This document shows positions 27,955-38,846 of a stretch of DNA of 64,000 nucleotides, piece after piece. Each line of letters starts with the position of its first letter. Positions within the stretch are counted from its first letter, which is position 1. Below the pieces are notes generated by a model. It made no database searches and had not been told where the DNA came from. It worked only from the letters and a program-made list of their open reading frames with translations. The translations under genes and the position numbers were made by a program. The stretch comes from an uncultured Bacilli bacterium (GTDB taxonomy: Bacteria > Bacillota_I > Bacilli_A > RF39 > UBA660). The stretch is from positions 16,988 to 80,987 of the forward strand of contig CAJUKB010000004.1 of NCBI GenBank assembly GCA_910587325.1. The letters are read 5' to 3'.

Positions 27955-30150
27955 TTACTTTCTTCTTAATTTTCTCAAAATTCTTTTTAATGGTCTTGGA
28001 AACTTCAGCCTAGATATAATTTTCCATTTTAAAGTCTGTAATATCCAAGAATAATCTGGATAATTTATGGCAGGAATTACAAACCTGCTATTTCTAAGCA
28101 TATTTTTTTCTATTTCATTTGATAGATTTCCTAAACTCTTCGAATTTTCTAAATATATTTTTTCATAATTTTTAGCCATATCTTTGGAAGTGATAATTTT
28201 ATATTTATTAATAGATTCTATTACTTTTTGATATTCGTCTTGGTTAGATAGTATTTTTTCGATTTCTTGGGCAACTATTTTAGTGTCATTTTTGCTATCA
28301 ATTACCCAACCTAGATTATATTTTTTTATTCTTTCAGCAATTGCTCCCACATCAAAAGAAACAACTGGGATTCCACAAGCAATGGCTTCTGTCATTGTAT
28401 AGGAATAAGTTTCAGGCCATATAGAAAATAAACAAATCAATTTAATTTTATTTTTTATTAATAACTCTTTTAATTCATCACGCTTGTAACTACCATGATT
28501 TTCAAAATGTCGATTACTTGTTATATTTGGATTATCGCTAATTCCAAATAAATGTACTTTGCAATTTTTAATCCTTTTCTTCTCTAGAAAATCATTTAAA
28601 TATTTACTTCCTTTATGTACACCAATAGCCCCTATAAAAGCAATGTCATTTTCATTATTATCTAATGATAAATTTGAAGTGGTCTTTTCAATGTCAATTC
28701 CATGTTCTATGACGTCTATTTGAAGACTATTAAATATTTCTAATGTTTCATTTTTGGTTGCTAAAGAAGGTGCAATTACTTTATCTGCACTTAATAATAA
28801 TTTTCCCCAACATTCTCTCCAAAATTCAATACTTCCTGCTCTTTCATAATATTTTAAAATACATTGGTTGCATTTTTCGTTATTTGGATTCCCACAGTAT
28901 TCTGTGCTATCAAATAATTTATTAATAAAAGGGCATTGAGAATAAAAATCATGTAGCGTAATCATATATTTTATATTATGGTTATTCAATACATCTACGA
29001 TGTCAAAAAAATGGCGTTTCATATGATGAATATGAACATAAGAGATTTTATAATTTTCTACTATTTCTGTTAACATTAATTTATAGTGACTATTGTAATA
29101 ATTAAGGTCTGTCATTTCTACTCTTAAAGTATCATAATTAATCACTATTTCAGAATCTTTAAAATAGGAATATACTTTAAAAACTCCATTTTCTGGCGCT
29201 AAAACATGAAAATTAAATTGATTACGTAAATTTTGAATTAAATCCCAAGCATGAAGAGATGTTCCACCTCTGTTTTCTTCAATATTTTGCCAATCATGTA
29301 TAACAAATAAAATATTAGGGTGATTTTCTCTATCGCCTAATGCAAAAGAGATATTTTGAGCAATATAATCGAGCGGTCTTTCTGCTAGCCATATATCCAA
29401 TTTTCTTCTATACTCTGGATATTTTTCTTCTAAAACTTTTAATCCTTCTTTTATTAATTCTTCTTTTGATTCTAAAAATGATTTTGATTCTTTATGAAGA
29501 ATATAAGTATTATCACATAATATATGTCTATATCCAAATTCATAACATCTAAAGCAAAAGTCATTTTCTTCTCCATAGCCTTTTCCAAAAGATTTTTCAT
29601 CAAAGTAACCAACTTTGTTTAACACATCTCTTTTAATATATAAACAAAAACCATGTCCAGTGGGAATTTCTGGATAATAATTATGTGAACACTCTTCTAC
29701 CAACGCAGCCATTTGTTCTAATGTATACCCATTTGGAATATCATTTGGTTCAAACGCTTTTGGAACACTTGCTAATGTTGCATTATTTGATAAAGGAGTT
29801 ACAGTGGCTATATTTTCAGACGAATACGCACACTCTTGTATTTTTTTTAACCAGCCTTCTGTAACCTCTGTATCAGAATTCAAAAGTAGTACATCATTAT
29901 CTTTAGATTGTCGCATTCCTTTATTTACAGTTTTTACAAATCCTAAATTTTCTTCATTACTTAAAAATAAAATACTTTTATTATTAGCATACTTTTTTAA
30001 TAAAGGCTGTATTCTTTCATCTGTACTTTTGTCATCAATTACAATTACTCTATTTTCTTTTAAATCTGTATTTTTAATTACACTCTCTATACATTCCTCT
30101 ACACATTCATAGGCATTATAAATAGGAATAATAATATCACAATTTTTCAT
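27955..30150 (-). CDS. Bifunctional glycosyltransferase (GT2 plus GT4)
   Basis: 731 aa. N-terminal IIIPIYNAYECV...DDKSTD...NSDT. C-terminal TMTEAIACGIPVV. Confidence 0.7.
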   Translation of the reverse strand: MKNCDIIIPIYNAYECVEECIESVIKNTDLKENRVIVIDDKSTDERIQPLLKKYANNKSILFLSNEENLGFVKTVNKGMRQSKDNDVLLLNSDTEVTEGWLKKIQECAYSSENIATVTPLSNNATLASVPKAFEPNDIPNGYTLEQMAALVEECSHNYYPEIPTGHGFCLYIKRDVLNKVGYFDEKSFGKGYGEENDFCFRCYEFGYRHILCDNTYILHKESKSFLESKEELIKEGLKVLEEKYPEYRRKLDIWLAERPLDYIAQNISFALGDRENHPNILFVIHDWQNIEENRGGTSLHAWDLIQNLRNQFNFHVLAPENGVFKVYSYFKDSEIVINYDTLRVEMTDLNYYNSHYKLMLTEIVENYKISYVHIHHMKRHFFDIVDVLNNHNIKYMITLHDFYSQCPFINKLFDSTEYCGNPNNEKCNQCILKYYERAGSIEFWRECWGKLLLSADKVIAPSLATKNETLEIFNSLQIDVIEHGIDIEKTTSNLSLDNNENDIAFIGAIGVHKGSKYLNDFLEKKRIKNCKVHLFGISDNPNITSNRHFENHGSYKRDELKELLIKNKIKLICLFSIWPETYSYTMTEAIACGIPVVSFDVGAIAERIKKYNLGWVIDSKNDTKIVAQEIEKILSNQDEYQKVIESINKYKIITSKDMAKNYEKIYLENSKSLGNLSNEIEKNMLRNSRFVIPAINYPDYSWILQTLKWKIISRLKFPRPLKRILRKLRRK

Positions 30151-30194
30151 TTTACACCGCGCTTTCTTAAGTCATAATACTTTAGTCAATCCCA

Positions 30195-31226
30195 TTATTT
30201 TTTCTTGTTTATCGTAAGTAAACTACATATCTTATTCATGATTCTCCACCTTTTACTGTTATATATTCCATTTAATTCTTCAGTTTTTACTTGTCCTTTC
30301 TTTTCTGATTTTTCTTTTTTAACACTCTCTTTTTTTATCTCTGTTATTTTATTGTTTAAATCTATATTCTCTTCTTTTATATTTTTAAAAGTAACTAACA
30401 TTTTATCAAAAAGATTTGTGTTAATCTCTTTTTTTCCTTTTATATGAACCTTTTCATCATTTGATTTTGTAAGTACAATTATATTCTGCATAATAAAATA
30501 TTCCTCAAGATAATTATTTAAATTATATAGATTATACTCCTCTGCATTGGTAACATAAGGTGGGATAGATAGAATTCTATCCTTACATTCAATATTATAA
30601 AAAATATTGACTGATGTTGCTATATTAGAAACCATATCGCAAAAAGATTTAAATGTAAAAAATCTTAAATGTGTTGTATCAAGTAAACCTAAACTATTAT
30701 AATTAAAGTTGCCATTAATTAATCCTTTTATAATGTCTATATGTGCAATATTAGGAAGAGAAATAATAATTTGACCATGATCTTTTAAAAGATCATGTAT
30801 ACTAATTAAAACATCCCAAGGATTTATTAGATGTTCTAAAATGTCTGCTAAAATTATATAATCATATTTATTTTTTTTTAATATTTCAAAGTTTTTGTTT
30901 TCTTTATCTGTTATGGAAAAATTGAATATATTCCTAAATAACTGACTTTTTTTACATATGTTAAATGCTTCTACATCATATTCAACACCATCTACTGTAC
31001 ATTGCTTTTCATTTACCAATATATTGGCAATTAGTCCTGTTGCACAGCCTATATCTAGAACTGTACTTCTTTCTTGTACAAGATTAATTATGGAAATATG
31101 AGAGTCATTTTTACGATTTTTATCAAATTTAAATTCTTCTAATTTATAATCATATTTATTTTGCTCTTTTATTAAAAACAACTTACTTTTTTCTGCATTT
31201 CCTAATTCATAATTTTTTATCTTCAT
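30195..31226 (-). CDS. Class I SAM-dependent methyltransferase
   Basis: 343 aa. SAM-binding motif VLDIGCATG, and DILEHLINP. Confidence 0.65.
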   Translation of the reverse strand: MKIKNYELGNAEKSKLFLIKEQNKYDYKLEEFKFDKNRKNDSHISIINLVQERSTVLDIGCATGLIANILVNEKQCTVDGVEYDVEAFNICKKSQLFRNIFNFSITDKENKNFEILKKNKYDYIILADILEHLINPWDVLISIHDLLKDHGQIIISLPNIAHIDIIKGLINGNFNYNSLGLLDTTHLRFFTFKSFCDMVSNIATSVNIFYNIECKDRILSIPPYVTNAEEYNLYNLNNYLEEYFIMQNIIVLTKSNDEKVHIKGKKEINTNLFDKMLVTFKNIKEENIDLNNKITEIKKESVKKEKSEKKGQVKTEELNGIYNSKRWRIMNKICSLLTINKKK

Positions 31227-31461
31227 TTTTTCACCTTTCTAGTTTCTTTATTATTTAGTTTGCGAAAAATTATAATCAATATTACTAGTTAATTGTATCA
31301 TGTAAACCTTTAGATGTAAATTCATGCAAAATAAAAAGCAGGATAAAATCATCCGAAAAGGCAAAAATGCCAAGAAGTGAAAATTAGTAGAAAATTAGTA
31401 GAAAATTAGTATATGGATTGTCAACATTTTTTTAGACAATTTTTATAGGGACATTTGCTGT

Positions 31462-32227
31462 CTGTAAACAACGGGAGTTTTATAATCTAAGGAACCATGA
31501 ATGCGAATGTTATTATACCAGTTTACATAATCAAATAACTCGCACTCTAACTCCTCAAATGAGGAAAATCTTCGGTTATAAGCAAACTCCGTTTTTATGA
31601 TTTTATATGTCGCTTCTGCTACCGCATTGTCATAGGGACAGCCTTTTTTAGATAGGGATCTCTTTATTCCAAATGTTTCTATTAATTCCTCTATGATTTT
31701 ATTTTTAAATTCATTTCCTCTGTCTGTATGAAATATATTTATCTTTCTTAAATCATAAGAAATTTTACTGAATGCTTTATAACTAGTTTTGCATCCTTAT
31801 GAATTCCTGCTGCATACCCTATAATTTCTCGATTCCATAAATCGAGTATTAAACAGATGTAATTCCATTTTCCTGCTACATTTACATACGTTAAATCACT
31901 TACGACTACATCTAATTGTTTTTCTCTTTCAAATTCTCGATTTAAGATATTTTCTCCTTCTTCCTCATTGCAAGATGCTTTATGTACTTTAAATTGTTTA
32001 ACTGTATAGTTACTTACTAAACCATTTAAGTCCATAATTTTTCTTATTCTTCTTAGACTTACTTGGTAGCCTAATTCTTGCAATTTTACTTTTATTTTTC
32101 TTGAGCCATAATTATTTCTACTTTCTTTAAATATCTTTATGATTAATTCTTCTAGTTCTTTATCTTCACGTTTGTTTTTTCTTTCGTAGTAGACAAGAGC
32201 TCTGGACACTTTTAGAGTTTTACACAT
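31462..32227 (-). pseudogene. IS3-family transposase OrfB (DDE integrase core), frameshifted
   Basis: The 159-aa ORF 31748-32227 carries the rve-domain N-terminal half. The remaining C-terminus (...HGSLDYKTPVVYRQQMSL*) lies in another frame between 31462 and about 31750. Confidence 0.55.
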
Positions 32228-32268
32228 TGCACTGATACTATACTTGTCTCGATTGGCTTTTATTATTT

Positions 32269-32559
32269 TTATTTTCGTCCCATTATCAGCGCTGCTTGCT
32301 TTAAAATATCATTCTCCATTCGCAACCGTTTATTTTCTTTCTCTAGTTCTATCAAACGATTCTCTTCTTCTGTTCGATTATCTTTTGCTTTAAAGGATCC
32401 TGTGGTGTTAAATTGTTTTATCCAATTGTTTAATGCTGATGGCGTTAATTCATATTCTCTTATTAATTCACATCGTTTTTTTCCGTTATTGTATAAGTTT
32501 ACTACTTGTTGTTTAAATTCTTCTGTATATTGTCTTTTTTCTCTTCGGTTACTTTCCAT
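32269..32559 (-). CDS. IS3-family transposase OrfA (HTH)
   Basis: 96 aa. MESNRREKRQYTEEFKQQVVNLY...LKQAALIMGRK is typical of IS3 OrfA. Confidence 0.75.
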   Translation of the reverse strand: MESNRREKRQYTEEFKQQVVNLYNNGKKRCELIREYELTPSALNNWIKQFNTTGSFKAKDNRTEEENRLIELEKENKRLRMENDILKQAALIMGRK

Positions 32560-32683
32560 TTTCTTTTCCTTCTTTCTTACTTCTCATATTATAATCTGTC
32601 CTTTTCTTTTTTGTCTAATTTATTGTAACCAATCCAATATGAAAATGTACTAATTTTTATTATGATAAAAGTGGTGATAAAAA

Positions 32684-33930
32684 GTGGCAAAAATTGCAAA
32701 AACATTGAAAGAATTAAAAGAAAATTTAGAAATAGAAGATTACATAGAAGAAACAGAAATAGAAAATTATGATTTGCATATTCTAACAAATGAGATAAAT
32801 GAAGAAGCATCTTATTTAATGGATAAACGAGAAGAAGAATATATAAAACACTCTTTAGAAGATATAGTAATCATAGTAATATTAGGATTATTTGCAAATA
32901 GTAACACCTTTGTAGAAATTGAAATATTTGCAAAAAAACATTATGAATGGCTTAGGAATTATCTAGAACTTTCTTATGGTTTGCCTTCTATTTGTACAAT
33001 TAAAAGAGTAATAGCAGCATTGAATCCGAAAGAATTAGAGGAAATGTGTAATCATGTTTTTTTAAACTTTGTAAAAGTAACTCAAAAACCAATATATGTA
33101 AAAAATGGATTAAAATTGATGGATATAAATAGTTTAGATGGAAAAACGGCAAATAATTCTAAAAGAAACACAATAGAAGGATATATAAAACCAACAAATG
33201 CGATGAGTGCCTATTCTGTTGTTAATGAAAAATGTTTAGCAACAGAATTTATAAGTGAAAAGACAAATGAAATACCAACATGTCCAAAATTATTAAAAAG
33301 GTTAAATATCAAAGATGTAGCAATCACATTTGATGCTTTAAACACCCAAAAAGATACAATAGATTACATAGTAAAAAATGAGGGATATTATGTTGCACCC
33401 ATAAAAGATAATCAAAGCATACTAAAGGAAGATTTGGAACTATATTTTCAAGATTTATATTTAATAAAAGTTGGAAATGCCAAAGTGTATGAAGAAATAG
33501 AAAAATCTCATAATCAAGCAGAAAAAAGAACATATATATTTACGAATGATATAGATTGGATATACTAAAAAGAAAAATGGTCAGATTTAAAAAGTATAGG
33601 TGTACTTATAAAAGAGATAAATGGAGAAGAAAAAGAAAGAAAATATTTCATAAGCAATATAAAGGCAAATCATATAGAAATATTATCTAAAATAATTAGA
33701 AATGAATGGAGCATAGAGAATAAGTTACATTGGTATTTAGACATGGTATTTTTAGAAGATAAGAATAAATGTTATATTGAGAATAGTCAAAAAAACTTAA
33801 ATATAATGAGAAAATTTTGTCTTGGAATATTAAAAATAGTGAAATCTCATTACAATATGAGCATGAATTCTATTCGTTTTCAATTGAGTATTGATTTTGA
33901 AAATGAAATAGAGCAACTTCTTAAATTGCT
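32684..33930 (+). pseudogene. ISAs1-family (H-repeat-associated) transposase with an internal TAA stop
   Basis: N-terminal DDE_Tnp_1_assoc-like region (DIVIIVILGLFANSNTFVEIEIFAKKHYEWLRNYLELSYGLPSICTIKRVIAAL). A single in-frame TAA at 33566-33568 (DWIY*KEKWSDLKSIG) is followed by the conserved C-terminus (WSIENKLHWYLDMVFLEDK...). Confidence 0.65.
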
Positions 33931-33990
33931 CTAATCCCTTATCGGATGATTTTATCCTGAATAAAAAGTGCGCATTTTTATAAGCGACAC

Positions 33991-35358
33991 CTAATTTTTT
34001 ATTTTACCTTTTTCTGAAGAAAATAAAGTAATAATTAACATAATAAATAAAACTCTCGTCATATATCTTAAATATGATGGTGCAATTATGGCTTCTGCTC
34101 CAAATTGTACCAAGTAACAAATAATTAAGAACAGTATCGTAAATAAAATACTTAAAACTCCAAAAACAATATATATTCTTTTGGTATCATCAAAAGAATT
34201 CCAGTTTAAAAATAAGGAAATAATGAGGATGGAAATTAAAATTGCCCAAGTCCAATCACAAAACTGCTGATTCCACATATTTACTAATAAAGGATTTAAC
34301 CATTGAATATTAAAAACAATGACAGACCCACCATCGCTCGAAGTATTCGGTATTGAACTAAATGTATTGGAATATAACTTCCAGATTATTCCTATAAAAA
34401 CTATTCCTAAACTATAGCACAAACATTTTTTCCAGTTGATATTTGTTTTTAACTTTAAATTAGTGAATTTTTTTATTATATAATATAAAATTAAAATTCC
34501 AAAATTAAATACTACCATTGGTAATCCATCAATTTTGGTCCAACAGGCTGCATTCATATATAGGATAGATAAAAACATATTTGTTTTACAATCATCATAT
34601 AAAATCCACTCAAATAAATAAAGAATTCCTAAAGTATAAAACGCAGCAAACGGTAAATCAGCATATGTTGAAAAAGTATAATCAGCAAAACTATTATAAG
34701 TGAGCATTATTAAAATTATGAAAAAAAGAAATTTAGTTTTATTTATTTTATGTTTTTGTAATAAACCTAGCAGATTTATAATAAAAAATAAAAATATAAT
34801 TCCTGGGATTATTCTTATTGCATTTTCAACTATTTTTCCAGAAAATAAGTAAAAAGAACTATATACTATAGGCAAAAAATCTGGATATTTCTCTATTCCT
34901 GTATTAAGAAATAGATTTAATTTTTGTTCTAAAAATATTCTTTTTGCATTTAAAGCCCATGCTGCAAATTCATCTGGGTATAATATATTATGAAAATAAG
35001 CATAAGTAATAAAATAGGTAAAAAGAAGAATAAAACTAATCAGTAGTAAGAGAAACTTATAATCCATTTTCTTTTTGGTGTTTATTTTTATTCTTATATT
35101 TTTTTTCTTGAAAAGAAAATGTACAACATACAAAATATCGCATAATATTATAAGATAAAAAAGCGAAAACGAAAGTTTTATATTTAACATTCCTATTATT
35201 AATACATACCAAGAAAAGCAAAGAAATCCTAATAATGAAGAAAAAGAAATTCGTTCTAGTTTATTTATTTTATATTTATTAATCAATCCTATTTTTTCCA
35301 AAATAGATTCAATAAAGAAACCAAAAATAATTAAAATAAATAAGTATACTATTATCAT
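33991..35358 (-). CDS. Polytopic membrane protein of unknown function (possible glycan polymerase/GT-C)
   Basis: 455 aa, more than 10 TM helices. Sits inside the glycosyltransferase cluster. Confidence 0.35.
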   Translation of the reverse strand: MIIVYLFILIIFGFFIESILEKIGLINKYKINKLERISFSSLLGFLCFSWYVLIIGMLNIKLSFSLFYLIILCDILYVVHFLFKKKNIRIKINTKKKMDYKFLLLLISFILLFTYFITYAYFHNILYPDEFAAWALNAKRIFLEQKLNLFLNTGIEKYPDFLPIVYSSFYLFSGKIVENAIRIIPGIIFLFFIINLLGLLQKHKINKTKFLFFIILIMLTYNSFADYTFSTYADLPFAAFYTLGILYLFEWILYDDCKTNMFLSILYMNAACWTKIDGLPMVVFNFGILILYYIIKKFTNLKLKTNINWKKCLCYSLGIVFIGIIWKLYSNTFSSIPNTSSDGGSVIVFNIQWLNPLLVNMWNQQFCDWTWAILISILIISLFLNWNSFDDTKRIYIVFGVLSILFTILFLIICYLVQFGAEAIIAPSYLRYMTRVLFIMLIITLFSSEKGKIKN

Positions 35359-36926
35359 TATTTAACCTCCTCAAGTAAATTTGAAATATCTTTTGCTTCA
35401 TAATTTATAGTGAAAATTTTTCCATTTTCTAGATCCAAGTCATATCCATATGTTATTAATTTTTCGTTATTTCTTACAATTATATAATCTGTTTCTTGTT
35501 TTTTTATAAAATCCATAAAAATTTCGTCTGTAACATAATTAATATATACATAAGTGTTAAAATATTTTGTGGTAAAAGGATACAAATAATATCTTAAATG
35601 ATTATAATATAAATAACCTGTATCTTCTGTATCCAAGTATATGTACTTACAAGAATCTTTTAAACACTTCATTTTATCTTTAACATTGTTAGCAATTTTA
35701 CATGCTCCTTGGCAATGATGAATATACTTCTCCCCATTTTCAACGTTTTTATAGATTTTTGGAATATAAGAAACAGATAAAATGAAAATTAACAATATGC
35801 TTACATAAACGGGAATTTTTTTTATTTTAGCCCAATCTTCTTTTATTAAATTATATACTTTCGTAAAGTTGATTTGATTAATAACCACATCAATGATATA
35901 AGAAATGATAATTAACATTACTATAAGAAAAAGATATCCTACCCAGTTTGAACTTTTGATTATGTTAGAAACTAGACTGCTGTTGTTCACAAGATTATTA
36001 AGAATTAAAAGATGCCATATTAATAATGCATAAGAATGTTCTGCCAAAAAAGATAGAACATTTGATACTCTTTTTGATTTAAAATTGATTTTATTTATAA
36101 AGAAAACAAATAAAGCCACCAATATATCTAAAATGTAAAAATAAAATAATCCTTTTTTAGACATACTATAGATTTGGGCACTCCAAAAATCAAAACTATT
36201 ACTTCCGACAAAAATAATAAAAACTATACCCATTAAAATTAAAGTCGATAAGAATATATTCCAACAATTATTTAATTTGTTTTTATGTTCATATTTAGAA
36301 ATCAGCATTCCCAAAATAAAAATATCTAGAGTTGTGAATAACTGTCTTCCATATATAAAATAGTAGGAAGTATCTAAATTATTTTGAGGCAAAATGACAA
36401 AATATAGTAACCATTTTAGCCCTAAAGATATAAATAATGAGAAAATATATGAGAGTATTGGAAATTTATCTACTGTTTTTTTTAAAATTGGGGCTAGCAA
36501 ATAAAATTGAAAAACTATCCCTATTATCCACAAAATACTATTTATAGAACTATGGCAAGTATAAAATAAGTTATGAAAAAAGAAAAAATGAGAAATTAGA
36601 TTCAAAAAATAGTCTTTACCTATATATATTGTAGCGGAAGTAAACAAAAGACAAATTATTAAAGAAATATAATAATGGGGGGCTAATTTTTTTAACTGCT
36701 TTTTTAAGTAATCTATATAATTATTTTCTTTTTTAGATAAACTTTTATAAATGGCATACCCACATGTAAAAAAGAAAATAGTAGTTCCTAATTCTTCTCC
36801 AAATTTAATAAAATTGGTCAAATATAAATTGCTAAAAACCATATGAGTTACTTTATATATATTGGAAACTGCTATCATCAAAACAGATATAGCCATTAAA
36901 TAATTTATATTTTTATTACTCTTCAC
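35358..36926 (-). CDS. Acyltransferase family 3 protein with a C-terminal extracytoplasmic domain (OatA-like O-acyltransferase)
   Basis: 522 aa. Polytopic N-terminal acyltransferase_3 region (FFFTCGYAIY) and a soluble C-terminal ~130-aa domain. Confidence 0.5.
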   Translation of the reverse strand: MKSNKNINYLMAISVLMIAVSNIYKVTHMVFSNLYLTNFIKFGEELGTTIFFFTCGYAIYKSLSKKENNYIDYLKKQLKKLAPHYYISLIICLLFTSATIYIGKDYFLNLISHFFFFHNLFYTCHSSINSILWIIGIVFQFYLLAPILKKTVDKFPILSYIFSLFISLGLKWLLYFVILPQNNLDTSYYFIYGRQLFTTLDIFILGMLISKYEHKNKLNNCWNIFLSTLILMGIVFIIFVGSNSFDFWSAQIYSMSKKGLFYFYILDILVALFVFFINKINFKSKRVSNVLSFLAEHSYALLIWHLLILNNLVNNSSLVSNIIKSSNWVGYLFLIVMLIIISYIIDVVINQINFTKVYNLIKEDWAKIKKIPVYVSILLIFILSVSYIPKIYKNVENGEKYIHHCQGACKIANNVKDKMKCLKDSCKYIYLDTEDTGYLYYNHLRYYLYPFTTKYFNTYVYINYVTDEIFMDFIKKQETDYIIVRNNEKLITYGYDLDLENGKIFTINYEAKDISNLLEEVK

Positions 36927-36964
36927 ACTACCACTTCCTTTATATTTATCATCTAATTATTTCC

Positions 36965-38845
36965 TCATTCTATATCCCACACTTTTTTTAGAAATTTATA
37001 TCTCTCTTGTATCAATTTCTTTTGGTGTTTGTCAAATTTTATCTTGCTATCTAAATATTCATGCATACTTTGAATTTCTTTTAAGTGTTGTTCTTTTTTT
37101 GTGGTTGACGTAACATTACTTCCATGCACTCGATAATAATTTAATTGTTTATAAGTATATTTAACACTACCATGAAACATTAAATTAGCATAAATGTACC
37201 AATCCCCTACTTGTTTGTATTGGCTTGCTTCTTTAAAGAAATCATAATCACCATTTCTTATAATACAAGAAGAAACATTGGCAATGGTAGTATTTAAAAA
37301 GGCATAATCTTCTAATTCTTTTACGCCATCATTTACAAAACTTTTATTGAAATGACCAGAATGCTGAATATCAATTTCTTTTACTACACTTCCTTGATAG
37401 ACTTTTCCATCTACATCTATAAAAGAAGTATCTGCATATGAAATTACAATGTCTTTTGTCAATCCTTTTTGTAAAAATTGAAGTAATTTTTTATTACAAT
37501 AATCGTCTGCTTCTGCAATCCAGACGTAATCTCCTGTTGCTTCTTTAAAACCTTTATACCATTGTTTAAAAGCAGATCCACTATTTTTCTCATTAAAAAC
37601 CGTTTTCATTTTTATATAAGGCGAAATTATTTTTTCTAGGATTTTAATTGTTTTTTCGCTATCATCTTTTGAACAATCATCGAGTAAAATAATTTCATGA
37701 ATTTTACAAGTTTGGTTTAATATACTGTACATTCTTTGAAATAAAAATTTACTATAATTATAGTTTGGAATGACAACACTTATTTTGAATTTAGAGTGTT
37801 TACTTGCATTTCTTTTGGCTAATTCTTCTATGTCTTTTTCTGTTATATTTTCCTTAATTACTTCTTTGGTAAAATGGTTTCTATAAAATTGATAAAAAGA
37901 AATCAAGAAGTTAGCAAAGAAGATAAAGCCACTACTTGTACTTTTTACTAAAGCCTTATAATAAAGTTGATGTTTGAATCCTTGTAGACTGATAAATTCT
38001 AAAAGGTATTTATTGTTTGCAATATCATATTGTTTTGCTAAGTGTGAATACTCTTTTAATAGTTTATAACGTTTTATTCTCTTTTTTTCTTTTGACAAAA
38101 CAAATAGTAATAGCAAAATAATCTGATTAAAAATGATAACTTCTCTAAATTCTTTCTTTTTTATTTTTTGGAAAGCTAGAGAAACGGTTTTAAAAATATC
38201 AAATCTTTTTCGTTCAATACTTGAATTCTGAATGGAACTTTCCCTTTGCATGTAATTATAATAAACTTCATCTGTGTATTTGACATTTTTTGCATTTGCA
38301 AGTAGTGGCAAAATTACGGCGACATCTTCATTAATAATATCTTTTGGATAACGCATATTTCCAAATAATTCTTTTTTAAATAATTTATTGCAAGCACTTG
38401 CCGCAAGCCCGTTGTTTATTATGTTGATAATTTGATTGTCTTTTGTTCCACATTTTACTAAATTGTTTCCTTTTTCATAAACTAAGTTGATATCACATAC
38501 AACTATATCTGATTCTTTTATATGAGTCGCTAGTACTTTATAATAATCTTTATCTATATAATCGTCACTATCAATAAATCCTATATAGTCTCCTGTTGCT
38601 AAATCTAGTGCTTTATTTCTAGAACTGGCAAGTCCAATGTTTTGGTCATTTTTTAAAACTATAATTCTTTTATCTTTTTTCGCATACTTTTCTATTACTT
38701 TTAATGAACCATCTTTAGAACAATCGTCTACTAAAATAATTTCTAGATTTTGGTAAGTTTGGTTTATTACAGAATCCAAACATTTTTCTAAATATTTTTC
38801 CGTATTGTAAACCGAAATGATAATTGAAATTTTATGACGTTCCAT
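36965..38845 (-). CDS. Tandem GT2-GT2 glycosyltransferase
   Basis: 626 aa. Two GT2 signatures: ISIIISVYNTEKYL...DDCSKDGS...DSDD and ISVVIPNYNYSKFL...DDCSKDDS...AEADD. Confidence 0.7.
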   Translation of the reverse strand: MERHKISIIISVYNTEKYLEKCLDSVINQTYQNLEIILVDDCSKDGSLKVIEKYAKKDKRIIVLKNDQNIGLASSRNKALDLATGDYIGFIDSDDYIDKDYYKVLATHIKESDIVVCDINLVYEKGNNLVKCGTKDNQIINIINNGLAASACNKLFKKELFGNMRYPKDIINEDVAVILPLLANAKNVKYTDEVYYNYMQRESSIQNSSIERKRFDIFKTVSLAFQKIKKKEFREVIIFNQIILLLLFVLSKEKKRIKRYKLLKEYSHLAKQYDIANNKYLLEFISLQGFKHQLYYKALVKSTSSGFIFFANFLISFYQFYRNHFTKEVIKENITEKDIEELAKRNASKHSKFKISVVIPNYNYSKFLFQRMYSILNQTCKIHEIILLDDCSKDDSEKTIKILEKIISPYIKMKTVFNEKNSGSAFKQWYKGFKEATGDYVWIAEADDYCNKKLLQFLQKGLTKDIVISYADTSFIDVDGKVYQGSVVKEIDIQHSGHFNKSFVNDGVKELEDYAFLNTTIANVSSCIIRNGDYDFFKEASQYKQVGDWYIYANLMFHGSVKYTYKQLNYYRVHGSNVTSTTKKEQHLKEIQSMHEYLDSKIKFDKHQKKLIQERYKFLKKVWDIE

Positions 38846-38846
38846 T

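Larger units (their letters stand above)
31401..32658 (-). mobile_element. IS3-family element (orfA intact, orfB frameshifted) inserted into the ISAs1 element
   Basis: Imperfect terminal inverted repeats (AAAATTAGTAyAT...GGATTG...TTAGACAA at both ends). orfA and orfB lie on the minus strand. An 11-bp terminal unit GAAAATTAGTA is triplicated at 31379-31411. Confidence 0.55.
31339..33959 (+). mobile_element. ISAs1-family insertion sequence (degenerate) carrying a nested IS3-family element
   Basis: 18-bp terminal inverted repeats CAGGATAAAATCATCCGA at 31339-31356 and reverse-complemented at 33942-33959. The internal ISAs1-type transposase has an in-frame stop. About 1.37 kb once the nested IS3 is subtracted. 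Confidence 0.6.

Noticed and set aside
32402-32810. Small ORFs (32402-32653 plus strand, 32589-32810 minus strand) at the IS3/ISAs1 junction
   Set aside because: They overlap IS terminal repeats and orfA on the opposite strand, and show no coding signal.
33960-33990. AAAAAGTGCGCATTTTT near-palindrome after the ISAs1 right end, considered as a terminator
   Set aside because: The stem is imperfect and very short. More likely it is just the AT-rich junction.
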